Below, in pieces: positions 1 to 8,134 of a stretch of DNA of 64,000 bases. Numbering within the stretch: the first letter of the stretch is position 1; every line of letters begins with the position of its first letter. The DNA comes from Acidobacteriota bacterium. GTDB lineage: Bacteria > Acidobacteriota > Polarisedimenticolia > Gp22-AA2. Location: the NCBI GenBank assembly GCA_003223135.1, contig QHXX01000032.1, positions 21,031 through 85,030 on the forward strand. Direction: 5' to 3'. The notes under the pieces are model-generated. The model saw only the letters and a list, made by a program, of their open reading frames with translations, was not told where the DNA came from and searched no databases. A program made the position numbers and the translations under genes.

Positions 1-582
1 GTGGCGCCCGCTGGGGTATTGAGTGGTGCGGGACGCCGTGGCGCGGGTCTCCTCGTGCGCGTACTTGCCGTGGATGAGGGCCGTGAACCCCGTCGATGAG
101 AAGCGATCGACGTTCTTCCAGACGTTGAGGACCGACCCGCACGTCGTGTCCACCAGGACACAGCCGCTCGCTCTGAGACGGGCCATCTCCTCGACCGTCA
201 CTCCGAACGCCGGGAGGATGACGACGTCCCGCGGACGGACCGCCTCGAGCCCCGGGCCGCTGCCGTCCGCCTCCCGCAGGAATTGGATCCCCATCTCTTT
301 CAGGCGGGCGTTGACGTGAGGGTTGTGGATGATCTCGCCGACCAGATAAATCGTGCGCTCGGGGAACTTCCTGCGCGTCTCGTAGGCGTATTCGACGGCG
401 CGGTCGACCCCGTAGCAAAAACCGAACTCGCGGGCCAGGAGAAAGGTGAGCCTGCCCGCCTGCAGCCTGTGGCCCGAGGCCTTGAGCCGCTCCACGATGC
501 GGCTGTGGTAATCGGCCAGAAGCTCAGGTCGAATGGCGTCCTTCAGGCCAAAACCGCGCTGGTAATAATCCGTCTCGCCCAT
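1..582 (-). CDS. ispH: 4-hydroxy-3-methylbut-2-enyl diphosphate reductase IspH/LytB (partial; C-terminus lies beyond window start)
   Basis: Minus-strand translation starting at ATG 582 reads MGETDYYQRGFGLKDAIRPELLADYHSRIVERLKASGHRLQAGRLTFLLAREFGFCYGVDRAVEYAYE... The GFCxGVDRA and HNxxV motifs are characteristic of IspH. The ORF runs open to position 1. Confidence 0.75.
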   Translation of the reverse strand, partial: MGETDYYQRGFGLKDAIRPELLADYHSRIVERLKASGHRLQAGRLTFLLAREFGFCYGVDRAVEYAYETRRKFPERTIYLVGEIIHNPHVNARLKEMGIQFLREADGSGPGLEAVRPRDVVILPAFGVTVEEMARLRASGCVLVDTTCGSVLNVWKNVDRFSSTGFTALIHGKYAHEETRATASRTTQYPSGRH

Positions 583-641
583 CGTGTCCACCGCGCCCTG
601 CTCGCACCCCTCCGACGATTCTACACGATGCGGGACCCGCG

Positions 642-1451
642 CTACCTCTCGTCGATGCGCTCCGGACAGGAGGCGACGTTCATGCCGCTGCCGCGCAGGA
701 AGTTCACCAGCGTGATCTGGAACGCCCGGGCGGTCTCGATCGCGAGGGAGGTGGGTCCGGAGATGGCGCAGACCACCGGGATGCCGGCGACGGCCGCCTT
801 CTGCAGGATCTCGAACGAGGTTCGACCCGACACCATGAGGATGGCGTCGTCGGTGCGCAGGCCGTCCATGGCGGTCCTCCCGACCACCTTGTCGACGGCG
901 TTGTGACGGCCGACATCCTCACGGCAGACACGCAGGCGGCCGTCGGGGTCGAAGAGGCCCGAGGCGTGCAGCGCGCCGGTACGTCCGAAGCTTTCCTGGG
1001 CCGCCAGGAGACGCTCCGGCAGCGACTCCAGGACTGCACGCCGGACTCGCAGACCCGACCTCACGGGCGCCGCCTGGATGGCGAGGGCCTCCAGAGACGC
1101 CTTGCCGCACAGTCCGCAGGCGGCGCTCGCCATGAGATTGCGGCGCAGACTCTGGTGGTCGAAGGCGACCCCCGGACGCAGGGAGACTTCGATGACGTTC
1201 ATCGTGCCGTCCTCGGAGCCGCACTGCCGGATGGTGCCGATGTCGTCGATTGACCGCACCACGCCTTCCGTGAGGCAGAAACCGGCCGCCAGCTCGAGAT
1301 CGTGCCCCGGGGTGCGCATGATCACAGCCAGGCTCTGGCCGTCGACGCGGATCTCCATGGGCTCCTCGACCACGATCCAGTCGGAGGTCTCGCGCCTCCG
1401 CCCCTGCCGGATCTTCCAGAGCGTCCACCGTTCCACGGAATCGCGCGGCAT
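642..1451 (-). CDS. fdhD: formate dehydrogenase accessory sulfurtransferase FdhD
   Basis: 269-aa ORF with the GRHNAVDK motif and overall FdhD-like sequence. Confidence 0.8.
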   Translation of the reverse strand: MPRDSVERWTLWKIRQGRRRETSDWIVVEEPMEIRVDGQSLAVIMRTPGHDLELAAGFCLTEGVVRSIDDIGTIRQCGSEDGTMNVIEVSLRPGVAFDHQSLRRNLMASAACGLCGKASLEALAIQAAPVRSGLRVRRAVLESLPERLLAAQESFGRTGALHASGLFDPDGRLRVCREDVGRHNAVDKVVGRTAMDGLRTDDAILMVSGRTSFEILQKAAVAGIPVVCAISGPTSLAIETARAFQITLVNFLRGSGMNVASCPERIDER

Positions 1452-1684
1452 GCACCGTCCATTCTAGGGGCCCGCGTGGATCTTGGGAAGGGTTGCAGGC
1501 GGCCGGAAGGTTCCAAGCGCCCGGGAGGCGGCCGCTGCGGCCGCTCCGCGGACCCTGGACGGCGCGCCACTTAGATCTTGACACCGGCTGGGGCTTCTGC
1601 AAAGGTATGCCGTCATTTCCAGAAATGCGGTTCCACGGGGGGCACGGCAGAAGCCGCGCGAGCGGCCCGGTGCGTGGGGAAGCA

Positions 1685-2464
1685 ATGCGACGGTCGGTCA
1701 TCTGGAGAGGAGCGCTCCTGGCGTCCGCGGCGGCTGCCATGCTGGCCGGTCCTGTCTGGGCGCAGAATCGTGACAAGGCCTGGGAGGTGACGCCCGAGTT
1801 GGGGTGGATCTTCTACGGGAAACCGCACCTGGGGGACGACTCGATCGATCAGACTTTCACTTCGGGGGCGGACACGCAGCGGGACGTGGTGGTGACGACC
1901 TCGGAGATCAAAGACAGTCTGTCTTACGGCTTCCGCTTCGGATACCACTGGACCAAGAAGCAGATGATCGAGTTCGGATTCGGCGGGACGGGGACGAGCG
2001 GGACGTTCTTCCAGCACAAGACGGTGTATAGAGATCCCACACCTCCTCCCCCTCCTCCGCCTACTCCTCCTCCTCCTTTTACGCCCACCACGATCGTGAG
2101 CGACACCCACAAGCAGGAGGACGTCAGCCTCGATCTCATCGTCGGTCATGTCAATTACGTCTACAACTTCTTCCTCCAGCACCGCGGCAAGGTGGTCGCT
2201 TTCGTCACCGGCGGCATCGGGCTGGTCAACAGCAGCATCTTCGGACAGACGGCCGAGCCCGACCTCTCCCCCACCCTCGACATCCTCGTCGGGGACGAGA
2301 ACACGTTCATGTACAACTACGGGGGAGGCATCCGCTTCTTCGGGAGCGAGAAGGCGGGGTTCCGCATCGACGCGCGGCAGGTGCGCTACGAATCGGGTGC
2401 CCGCGGCAGGCAGGACCACATCGAGATCGGGTTCGCGCTCACCCTGATCCTGGGCGGGGCCTAG
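1685..2464 (+). CDS. outer-membrane beta-barrel protein with an internal poly-proline segment
   Basis: ATG at 1685 precedes the signal peptide MRRSVIWRGALLASAAAAMLAGPVWAQ. The sequence has alternating aromatic/hydrophobic beta-strand patterns and a C-terminal ...FALTLILGGA. A PPPPPPPTPPPPFTPTT insert lies at about 2041-2090. Confidence 0.6.
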   Translation: MRRSVIWRGALLASAAAAMLAGPVWAQNRDKAWEVTPELGWIFYGKPHLGDDSIDQTFTSGADTQRDVVVTTSEIKDSLSYGFRFGYHWTKKQMIEFGFGGTGTSGTFFQHKTVYRDPTPPPPPPPTPPPPFTPTTIVSDTHKQEDVSLDLIVGHVNYVYNFFLQHRGKVVAFVTGGIGLVNSSIFGQTAEPDLSPTLDILVGDENTFMYNYGGGIRFFGSEKAGFRIDARQVRYESGARGRQDHIEIGFALTLILGGA

Positions 2465-2584
2465 GAGCGCGTCGCCTTCGTTCCGCAGTGCCCCCCGGGT
2501 CACATCGCGCGGCATGCCTCCGCTCCCCGGACAGGCAAGCCGGCGCCTCCAGGGCACGCACCCGGTCTCGAAAAACGCGATCTT

Positions 2585-3004
2585 TCATTCTCCCGCCGTT
2601 TCAGGCAGCGCCGCGTCGATCTCCCCGATGAGCACCATGGTGACGAGGGGCGTGAACGTCAGCCAGGGGAACAGACGGGCCTTGAAGCGGCGTGTGCGGT
2701 CCACGAAAGCCTGCTGCAGCGCGTATTGTCCCACGACCTTTTTGATCCTGCTCCCGGTCCCGACGAAGTAGAACAGCGTCATCGTGTGCGTGAACAGGAC
2801 GATCACCATGCCGAACAAGGCGAAGCGGATGTGGGCGCCCACACTCAACGTGCCCGCCGCGGTCCGGTAGCCGTCGTAGGTCATCCAGGCCAGGAGAACC
2901 ACGTTCGCGAGGAAGAGGAAACCGAGGATCCGGGCCACCGGGACGTTCTGCAGCATCGCGGGATTATAGAGGAAACCCCGCGCGGGCACCGCGGGTGGCG
3001 GCAA
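2585..3004 (-). CDS. hypothetical integral membrane protein (about 4 TM)
   Basis: ORF with hydrophobic helices ending 9 nt downstream of the DoxX stop. Start is uncertain: TTG at 3004 or ATG at 2956. Confidence 0.4.
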   Translation of the reverse strand: MPPPAVPARGFLYNPAMLQNVPVARILGFLFLANVVLLAWMTYDGYRTAAGTLSVGAHIRFALFGMVIVLFTHTMTLFYFVGTGSRIKKVVGQYALQQAFVDRTRRFKARLFPWLTFTPLVTMVLIGEIDAALPETAGE

Positions 3005-3013
3005 AGGATTTCT

Positions 3014-3493
3014 TCAGGCGACCCAGTGCGGGAGCCTGTGCTTCAGCAGTGCGTCCAGCCCCACCGCCCTGCCGGCCGCGGTCGCGTAGACCGTGAGGAG
3101 CGCCAGAAGGAACACCGTCGGCGTCTCGACGCTGAGGATCGGCGCACCGCTCGCGAACAGGAAGTTGAGGCACAGGAAGATCCCGCCCAGGGCCGCCAGC
3201 CGGCTGGCGCAACCGACGAGCAGCAGCGCCCCAACCGCCATTTCTCCATAGGCCACGAGGCGCGCGAAGAGACCGGCATGCGGTATGGCGACCTTCTGAA
3301 GAAACGGAGCGTAGAAGTCGTAGGCCGGCCCTGCGGCCCATTTGGTCAGGGTTTCGTGCAATTCAGCGCCGCCGAAACCTCGCGTGATCTTTCCCAGTCC
3401 GTACCGGAAGAAAAAGTAGCCGGCGTACAGTCTGGCCGGCAGACCGGCGAGCGGCGAGCTGTAATCCTCGATTCGACCCTTGAGAAACCCCAT
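3014..3493 (-). CDS. DoxX family membrane protein
   Basis: Start MGFLKG is preceded by GGAGG. The ORF shows the DoxX-like pattern FFRYGLGKI...LVGCASRLAALGGIFLCLNFL. Confidence 0.65.
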   Translation of the reverse strand: MGFLKGRIEDYSSPLAGLPARLYAGYFFFRYGLGKITRGFGGAELHETLTKWAAGPAYDFYAPFLQKVAIPHAGLFARLVAYGEMAVGALLLVGCASRLAALGGIFLCLNFLFASGAPILSVETPTVFLLALLTVYATAAGRAVGLDALLKHRLPHWVA

Positions 3494-3705
3494 CGTCCTG
3501 CCTCCAATTGACCGTCGAGCGTCCCGGCGCGGCCATCCTACAACGAAGGCGGCGCTGCACGGATGCACCAGTGTTTACGGGGCGCGTTGGCCGCCTCTGC
3601 ATGTGCGTGGGACAATTCGGACATTGGGGAGGGGCAGACGGGTGCCCACCCCCGATTCCCCCGCCGTGCGGGCCTCGGGCTCGCACGGCTTCTTCGTCCC
3701 CGGGC

Positions 3706-4680
3706 TCACCGGGCCTCCCGTCGCCGGGCCGCGCGAGACGGTTCGGGGGCCGGGCCGGCAAAGGCATCCGGATGGAGCGCCCGGGCGACCTCTTCGATCC
3801 CGGACACCACTCTGGGGCCCGGCTGCTCGATCGCCTCGCTCACCACAGCAAGCCTGCCGGATCGAACGGCCGGCACCTTCGACCAGGCCGCCTTCCGTCT
3901 CAGACCATTGAGCAGCGCGCGGTTCTGCGGTGTGGTCAGGATGGCTTCGGGAGCACGGGCGATGGCCGACTCGACGTCGAAGGCGGGATATGCGGCGGGG
4001 GCGTCGGCGGTGATCGAGTCGCCGCCGGCGCGCGCGAGGGCGTCCGTCAGGAACGAGGAGCGACCCGGCACCACCAGAGGATCGCCCCACACGATGAACA
4101 AGACCCTGGTGGGGCGTCGCCCCGTGACGGCGGCGCGCACGGCCTCGAGCCTGGAGCGGAGATTGCCCGCGACCGAGCGGCCACGGTCTTCTTCGTCGAT
4201 GAGCCGTGCCAGTTCGAGGATCGACTTGAGGACGCCCTCGACGTCGGGCGTGTCGATCGTATACAGCGGCAAGCCGAGCGAATCGGCCTGCCGGGCGAGA
4301 GAAGGATCGTTGCCGCTCGTCGTGGCTACGAGCAGGTCGGGGCGCAGGCCGCGGATGGTCTCCAGGCTGGGATTCAGCATGCCCCCGATCCGGACGATCG
4401 CACCTGCGCCGGGCGGCAGCTCGCAGAAGTCACTGACGCCCACGAGTCGATCCTGCGACCCCAACGCCAGGAGCGAGTCGGTCACGCTGGGCGCCAGCGA
4501 AACGATGCGGCGCGGGTGGGCAGGCACCCGGATTTCCCGTCCCAGCCCGTCCCGCACGACGCGGATCCCGGCCGGTCGCGGCGCATCCCGACAGGCAGTG
4601 GGCAACCCGCAAAGGACGGCGGCGCAAACGAGGAGGATCGGAAACCGCCAGGGTGGCAGGTCGGCCGGACGCTCATCCAT
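3706..4680 (-). CDS. ABC transporter periplasmic substrate-binding protein (cluster A-II, iron-siderophore/cobalamin BtuF/FhuD-like)
   Basis: Start MDERPADLPPWRFPILLVCAAVLCGL gives a signal peptide. PF01497-like features include RIVSLAPSVTDSL, GVSDFCELPP and RPDLLVATT. Confidence 0.65.
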   Translation of the reverse strand: MDERPADLPPWRFPILLVCAAVLCGLPTACRDAPRPAGIRVVRDGLGREIRVPAHPRRIVSLAPSVTDSLLALGSQDRLVGVSDFCELPPGAGAIVRIGGMLNPSLETIRGLRPDLLVATTSGNDPSLARQADSLGLPLYTIDTPDVEGVLKSILELARLIDEEDRGRSVAGNLRSRLEAVRAAVTGRRPTRVLFIVWGDPLVVPGRSSFLTDALARAGGDSITADAPAAYPAFDVESAIARAPEAILTTPQNRALLNGLRRKAAWSKVPAVRSGRLAVVSEAIEQPGPRVVSGIEEVARALHPDAFAGPAPEPSRAARRREAR

Positions 4681-5015
4681 CGCTGAATCATCTCCGCGGG
4701 GTCCGCGTTTCGTCCAGGGTCCGCGCAGCATCCGGCCGGCCACTCTAGAGCGCCGCCTACGGACTGTCAAGGAAGGCGCGGAGTCGCGAAGCCTGAAAAG
4801 ACGGAGGCCATCGGGCCGTGACGGCCTCGGACAGGCTCCGCACAGGTTGTCGAGAAATTGACGCCCCGATCCGTGCGCGCCCGCCGGGCCGGCAGTGTCG
4901 CGCTCATCCCTGAACACCCCGAGCCTTGAATTGCCCCTCCTCGGACCATAAGTTTGCGCGGGCGAACGGAGATCTTGTCTCCTGCCAGGAGGATCGGCGG
5001 GGGAGTCGGGACCGA

Positions 5016-6293
5016 ATGTATTCCATCAACGAGGCTTTGGCGACCCTCCGGGGGGTGCCGCCCTGGGGGTGGGCCTGCGGCATTGTTGGGGCGCTGTTCG
5101 TCGGCTGGCTCCTGGGCCGGCCCGGAAGCCGCGGCTCGACCTCCAGGCGTCGCCCGCTCCGGCCCGAGGGCGATGTCACCGCGCTGCGCGACCTGAAGGC
5201 GACGGTGGCCCGTCTGGAGGCTGAAAACACCGCTCTCTCGAGCTTCTTCCTCCTGCTTCCGGATTTCACCAAGGAAATCAATTCGCGCATGGATCGGCGC
5301 GCCATTGCGCCTCTCCTCGCAAAGATCACCGAGCGGCTGTTTGCCCCGACCCAGGTCCTGCTCTTCCTGCTGGACGATCGCGTCAACACGCTGATCCTGG
5401 TCCAGCAGAGAGGATTGGCGGAAGACGTGAAGATCGGCTTCCAGGTCAAAATGGGCGAGGGCCGGATCGGCTGGGTCGCGCAGCACAAGGTCCCGATGGA
5501 CACCAATGACTTCATCCGCGAAATGCGCCAGTCGGGCGCCAGCCTCGAGGTGCCGGCGCACTTCCGGTTCAAGACCGAGCTGTGCGCGCCCATGGTGCAC
5601 GAGGGGCGCGTGCTGGGCGTCATCAGCGTCGGCGGAGTCACCAGGCACTACAAGTACGAGAAGACCCTGCTGAACCTGATCGCCGACCTGGGCAGCATCG
5701 CGCTGCACAACAACCATCTCTTCTCTCAGGTCCAGGAGATGGCGAACTCCGATGGTCTGACCAAGCTCTTCAACAAGCGGTTCTTCATGAGCCAGCTCTC
5801 GGAGGAGATCCTGCGGGCGGAGGCAGGTCACTACCCCGTGTCGGTGTTCATCTTCGACCTGGATCATTTCAAGCACTATAACGACACGCAGGGACACCAG
5901 GCGGGAGACGAGGTGCTCAAGGTCACGGGCCAGATCCTGCGCGAAATGGTCCGGCCGGACGACACGCCGGCGCGGTACGGCGGCGAGGAGTTCATCGTCA
6001 TCCTGCCTCAGACGCCCAAGGACGGCGGCATGGTCGCCGCGGAGCGGATCCGCGTCAGGGTCGCGGAGCATCCGTACCCGAACCGCGAGAGCCAACCGCT
6101 CAAAGTCGTTTCTCTGAGCGGCGGCGTCGCCACGTTCCCGGACGACGGCCGCAGCAGCACGGATCTCATCGCCTCGGCGGACGCGGCCCTGTACCGCGCC
6201 AAGCAGGCGGGGCGCAACCGGGTCATGCGCGCCGAGACCAAGTATTTCTCGGACGGTAACGAAGACGCGTATTACAAGGTGAACAACGGCTGA
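5016..6293 (+). CDS. GAF domain-containing diguanylate cyclase (GGDEF)
   Basis: ATG at 5016 (MYSINEAL). Central GAF region, then the GGDEF domain with RYGGEEF, the FDLDHFKHYND motif and an inhibitory-site RxxD. Confidence 0.8.
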   Translation: MYSINEALATLRGVPPWGWACGIVGALFVGWLLGRPGSRGSTSRRRPLRPEGDVTALRDLKATVARLEAENTALSSFFLLLPDFTKEINSRMDRRAIAPLLAKITERLFAPTQVLLFLLDDRVNTLILVQQRGLAEDVKIGFQVKMGEGRIGWVAQHKVPMDTNDFIREMRQSGASLEVPAHFRFKTELCAPMVHEGRVLGVISVGGVTRHYKYEKTLLNLIADLGSIALHNNHLFSQVQEMANSDGLTKLFNKRFFMSQLSEEILRAEAGHYPVSVFIFDLDHFKHYNDTQGHQAGDEVLKVTGQILREMVRPDDTPARYGGEEFIVILPQTPKDGGMVAAERIRVRVAEHPYPNRESQPLKVVSLSGGVATFPDDGRSSTDLIASADAALYRAKQAGRNRVMRAETKYFSDGNEDAYYKVNNG

Positions 6294-6308
6294 GGCCGCC
6301 CGCCGCCC

Positions 6309-7094
6309 ATGCAGAGTCGCCGCCGGAAGCTGGTGAAGGATCTCAAGGAGCGAGGCGAGCTCCGGGGCTCGAGCACCGCCGGGGCGCTCACCGACCTTCT
6401 GTACGACGAGCTCACCGACCTGCCGACCGTGCCGCTGCTCCTCGGCCGGATCCGTCGCCTGTTGAAGGAATCGCGCCAGCTGGGACTCCTGTCCATCAGC
6501 GTCCTGCAGAATGAGCGCGGAGAGCAGACCCTGGGATGGCAGGGGTACGAGTTTCTGGTGCGCAGCGTCGCCTCCTTCCTGGTCGAGATCAAGAAGGTCG
6601 CGCTCCGGCAGGACGACTACGTCTCCGAGGTGATGATCAGCGGCAACGCCTTCGTGATCCTGCTGTCACCACCGCGCGGCAAACAGGAGATCGCCTACAC
6701 CGACCTCGACAAGGTGCGGCGGCGCGTCGCCGCCAGGCTGGAGCGCTTCGTCCGGGATCGCCTGGCGGCCGAGGTGCAGGAAACGTTCGGTCTGTACGTC
6801 GGCTGCGCCGTGCTGATTCACAATTCCTCGGTGCGCTTCGAGCGTCTGGTCTACTCCGCTCTGGAGCAGGCCTTCACCGACTCGCTGCAGCAGCGCAAAA
6901 GGGAACAGCGCGACGCCGCGCTCAAGCTGAGGATGATCTTGAAGGCGGAGGCAGTCCAGCCCGTCTACCAGCCGGTCATTGATCTGCTGGAGCGGCGGGT
7001 GGTCGGATTCGAGGCCCTGACCCGCGTGTCGCCCGACGCCTTCGCCGGCCCCGACCAGCTGTTCAAGGCCGCCTACGACAACGACTCGGTCTGA
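6309..7094 (+). CDS. degenerate GGDEF-like domain plus N-terminal part of EAL domain (gene interrupted at 7092)
   Basis: LTDLPT...ISGNAFVILL aligns to GGDEF with the motif replaced by SGNAF. The C-terminus QPVYQPVIDL...GFEALTR...LFKAAYDNDSV is the start of an EAL domain, followed by a stop. Confidence 0.6.
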   Translation: MQSRRRKLVKDLKERGELRGSSTAGALTDLLYDELTDLPTVPLLLGRIRRLLKESRQLGLLSISVLQNERGEQTLGWQGYEFLVRSVASFLVEIKKVALRQDDYVSEVMISGNAFVILLSPPRGKQEIAYTDLDKVRRRVAARLERFVRDRLAAEVQETFGLYVGCAVLIHNSSVRFERLVYSALEQAFTDSLQQRKREQRDAALKLRMILKAEAVQPVYQPVIDLLERRVVGFEALTRVSPDAFAGPDQLFKAAYDNDSV

Positions 7095-7105
7095 TCGTCC
7101 TGGAA

Positions 7106-7492
7106 ATGACCGAGCACTCCGCGGTGCGCGACTTCACGTCACTGCGGCAGCTCCTCAGCTATCTCCAATTCCACGGGTTCCGGCTGGCGGTGGACGACGT
7201 TGGCTCGGGGTACTCGGGCCTGAAGTCCATCGCCGAGATCAAGCCGGACTTCATCAAGATCGACATGGCGCTCATCCGCGACATCCATCTTCATCCGATC
7301 AAGCAGGACCTGACCGGAACCATCGCCCGCTTCTCGACCAGCTCCGGCATCACTCTCATCGCCGAGGGGGTGGAGGGGTCCGAGGAACTGCGCTGCCTGC
7401 AGGCGATCGGCGTGCGCTACGCTCAGGGTTTCCTGTTTGCGCGCCCCGGGCCACCCTTCCCGCAGGCCGATCTCAGCGCCATCGAGGAGTAG
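7106..7492 (+). CDS. C-terminal part of EAL phosphodiesterase domain (continues the preceding gene in another frame)
   Basis: GLIVLEMTEH...LAVDDVGSGYSGL...IKIDMALIRDI...LIAEGVE...QGFLF are EAL motifs. The frame is open upstream across the stop of the previous ORF. Confidence 0.55.
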   Translation: MTEHSAVRDFTSLRQLLSYLQFHGFRLAVDDVGSGYSGLKSIAEIKPDFIKIDMALIRDIHLHPIKQDLTGTIARFSTSSGITLIAEGVEGSEELRCLQAIGVRYAQGFLFARPGPPFPQADLSAIEE

Positions 7493-7545
7493 GACGACCT
7501 TCCGTGCCCGTCCGTGATGAGACGGTGTTCACCTCGTGGCGCCCG

Positions 7546-7584
7546 AAGAATAGAGAAAGCCGCTTCATGAGACCGAAGCGGCTT
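7546..7584 (-). terminator. putative rho-independent terminator for the small minus-strand gene (also downstream of the EAL gene)
   Basis: Perfect 10-bp stem AAGCCGCTTC/GAAGCGGCTT with an 8-nt loop. On the minus strand it is followed by the U-rich ttctctattctt. Confidence 0.45.
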
Positions 7585-7659
7585 GGAACGATCGTGAGCT
7601 GCGGAGCGTTCGGTGCGAATCTCAGCCCTCATGGACTGGTCGGAGAAAGGCGACGTGCT

Positions 7660-7872
7660 CTAGACCGCCCGCTTCTCCTGGGCCTGCGACTGATTCCATG
7701 CGCCCATGATCAGGCACGTCTTGGCGGTCTCGACCTCGATCCAGCGCTGATACACCTTTCGGCGGGTCGGGTCAATCTGGTATGAAACGTTCGCATAGCT
7801 GAAATCGACCATCCCGTTCGACGGCCTGGACGAACGCTTCTTGCTGGCGACGGCGGCTTTTTTCTTCCTCAT
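7660..7872 (-). CDS. small basic hypothetical protein (70 aa) expressed from a sigma54 promoter
   Basis: ATG at 7872 is preceded by GGGAGGA. The protein is MRKKKAAVASKKRSSRPSNGMVDFSYANVSYQIDPTRRKVYQRWIEVETAKTCLIMGAWNQSQAQEKRAV. I recognise no family. Confidence 0.5.
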   Translation of the reverse strand: MRKKKAAVASKKRSSRPSNGMVDFSYANVSYQIDPTRRKVYQRWIEVETAKTCLIMGAWNQSQAQEKRAV

Positions 7873-7906
7873 CCCGAACGTCCTCCCGAAGGTTGTCACT
7901 CCAGTG

Positions 7907-7922
7907 AGCAATTTCCTTGCCA
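7907..7922 (-). promoter_or_regulatory. sigma54 (RpoN) -24/-12 promoter TGGCAAG-N4-TTGCT
   Basis: Minus-strand sequence tggcaaggaaattgct ends 35 nt upstream of the ATG at 7872. It matches the consensus TGGCACG-N4-TTGCW at 11 of 12 core positions, with GG and GC correctly spaced. Confidence 0.55.
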
Positions 7923-8058
7923 GAATTTCGTCGTCCGCAGCGCGATTTCACAATGCACAAGGGGGTCGTAACTAATTGAAAGAACAGCAGCTTGGGTAGG
8001 CAACGATCGATGCCGCATCGTGTTGCCTCTCCGCTCAACAGCGAAATCGGTTTTGATC

Positions 8059-8107
8059 TGTCACTCTGGCGTGCTTCTACATTGACAGAAATACGTCAAA
8101 GTGACAG
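8059..8107. promoter_or_regulatory. cluster of TGTCA/TGACA dyads (candidate enhancer/UAS for the adjacent sigma54 activator)
   Basis: The sequence is tgtcactctggcgtgcttctacattgacagaaatacgtcaaagtgacaga. It contains the palindrome TTGAC-N8-GTCAA and inverted TGTCAC...GTGACA. It lies about 140-200 bp upstream of the sigma54 promoter on the same strand sense, and a related tgtcactcc motif occurs at about 7882. Confidence 0.35.
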
Positions 8108-8134
8108 ACTTCGGAGGCTCATCGAGAGGTGACG

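Noticed and set aside
283-906. Plus-strand 207-aa ORF across the ispH/fdhD junction
   Set aside because: It overlaps two well-supported minus-strand genes (ispH, fdhD) and has no homology signal.
2041-2090. CCTCC-rich simple repeat, plus the GGC-rich stretch at about 54620-54650: CRISPR or other repeat arrays
   Set aside because: Both are short coding low-complexity runs (poly-Pro and poly-Gly). They are not spaced direct repeats, and no CRISPR-like arrays exist in the window.
4681-4925. Possible cobalamin riboswitch in the leader of the BtuF/FhuD-like substrate-binding protein gene
   Set aside because: Read on the minus strand, the leader has no recognisable B12 box (GCCACTG-like) or conserved stems. 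The binding protein could equally be for a siderophore.
7999-8027. GGCAAC-N17-GTTGCC inverted repeat as a terminator
   Set aside because: There is no U-tract on either side. It lies in a divergent promoter region, so a regulator site is more likely but unsupported.
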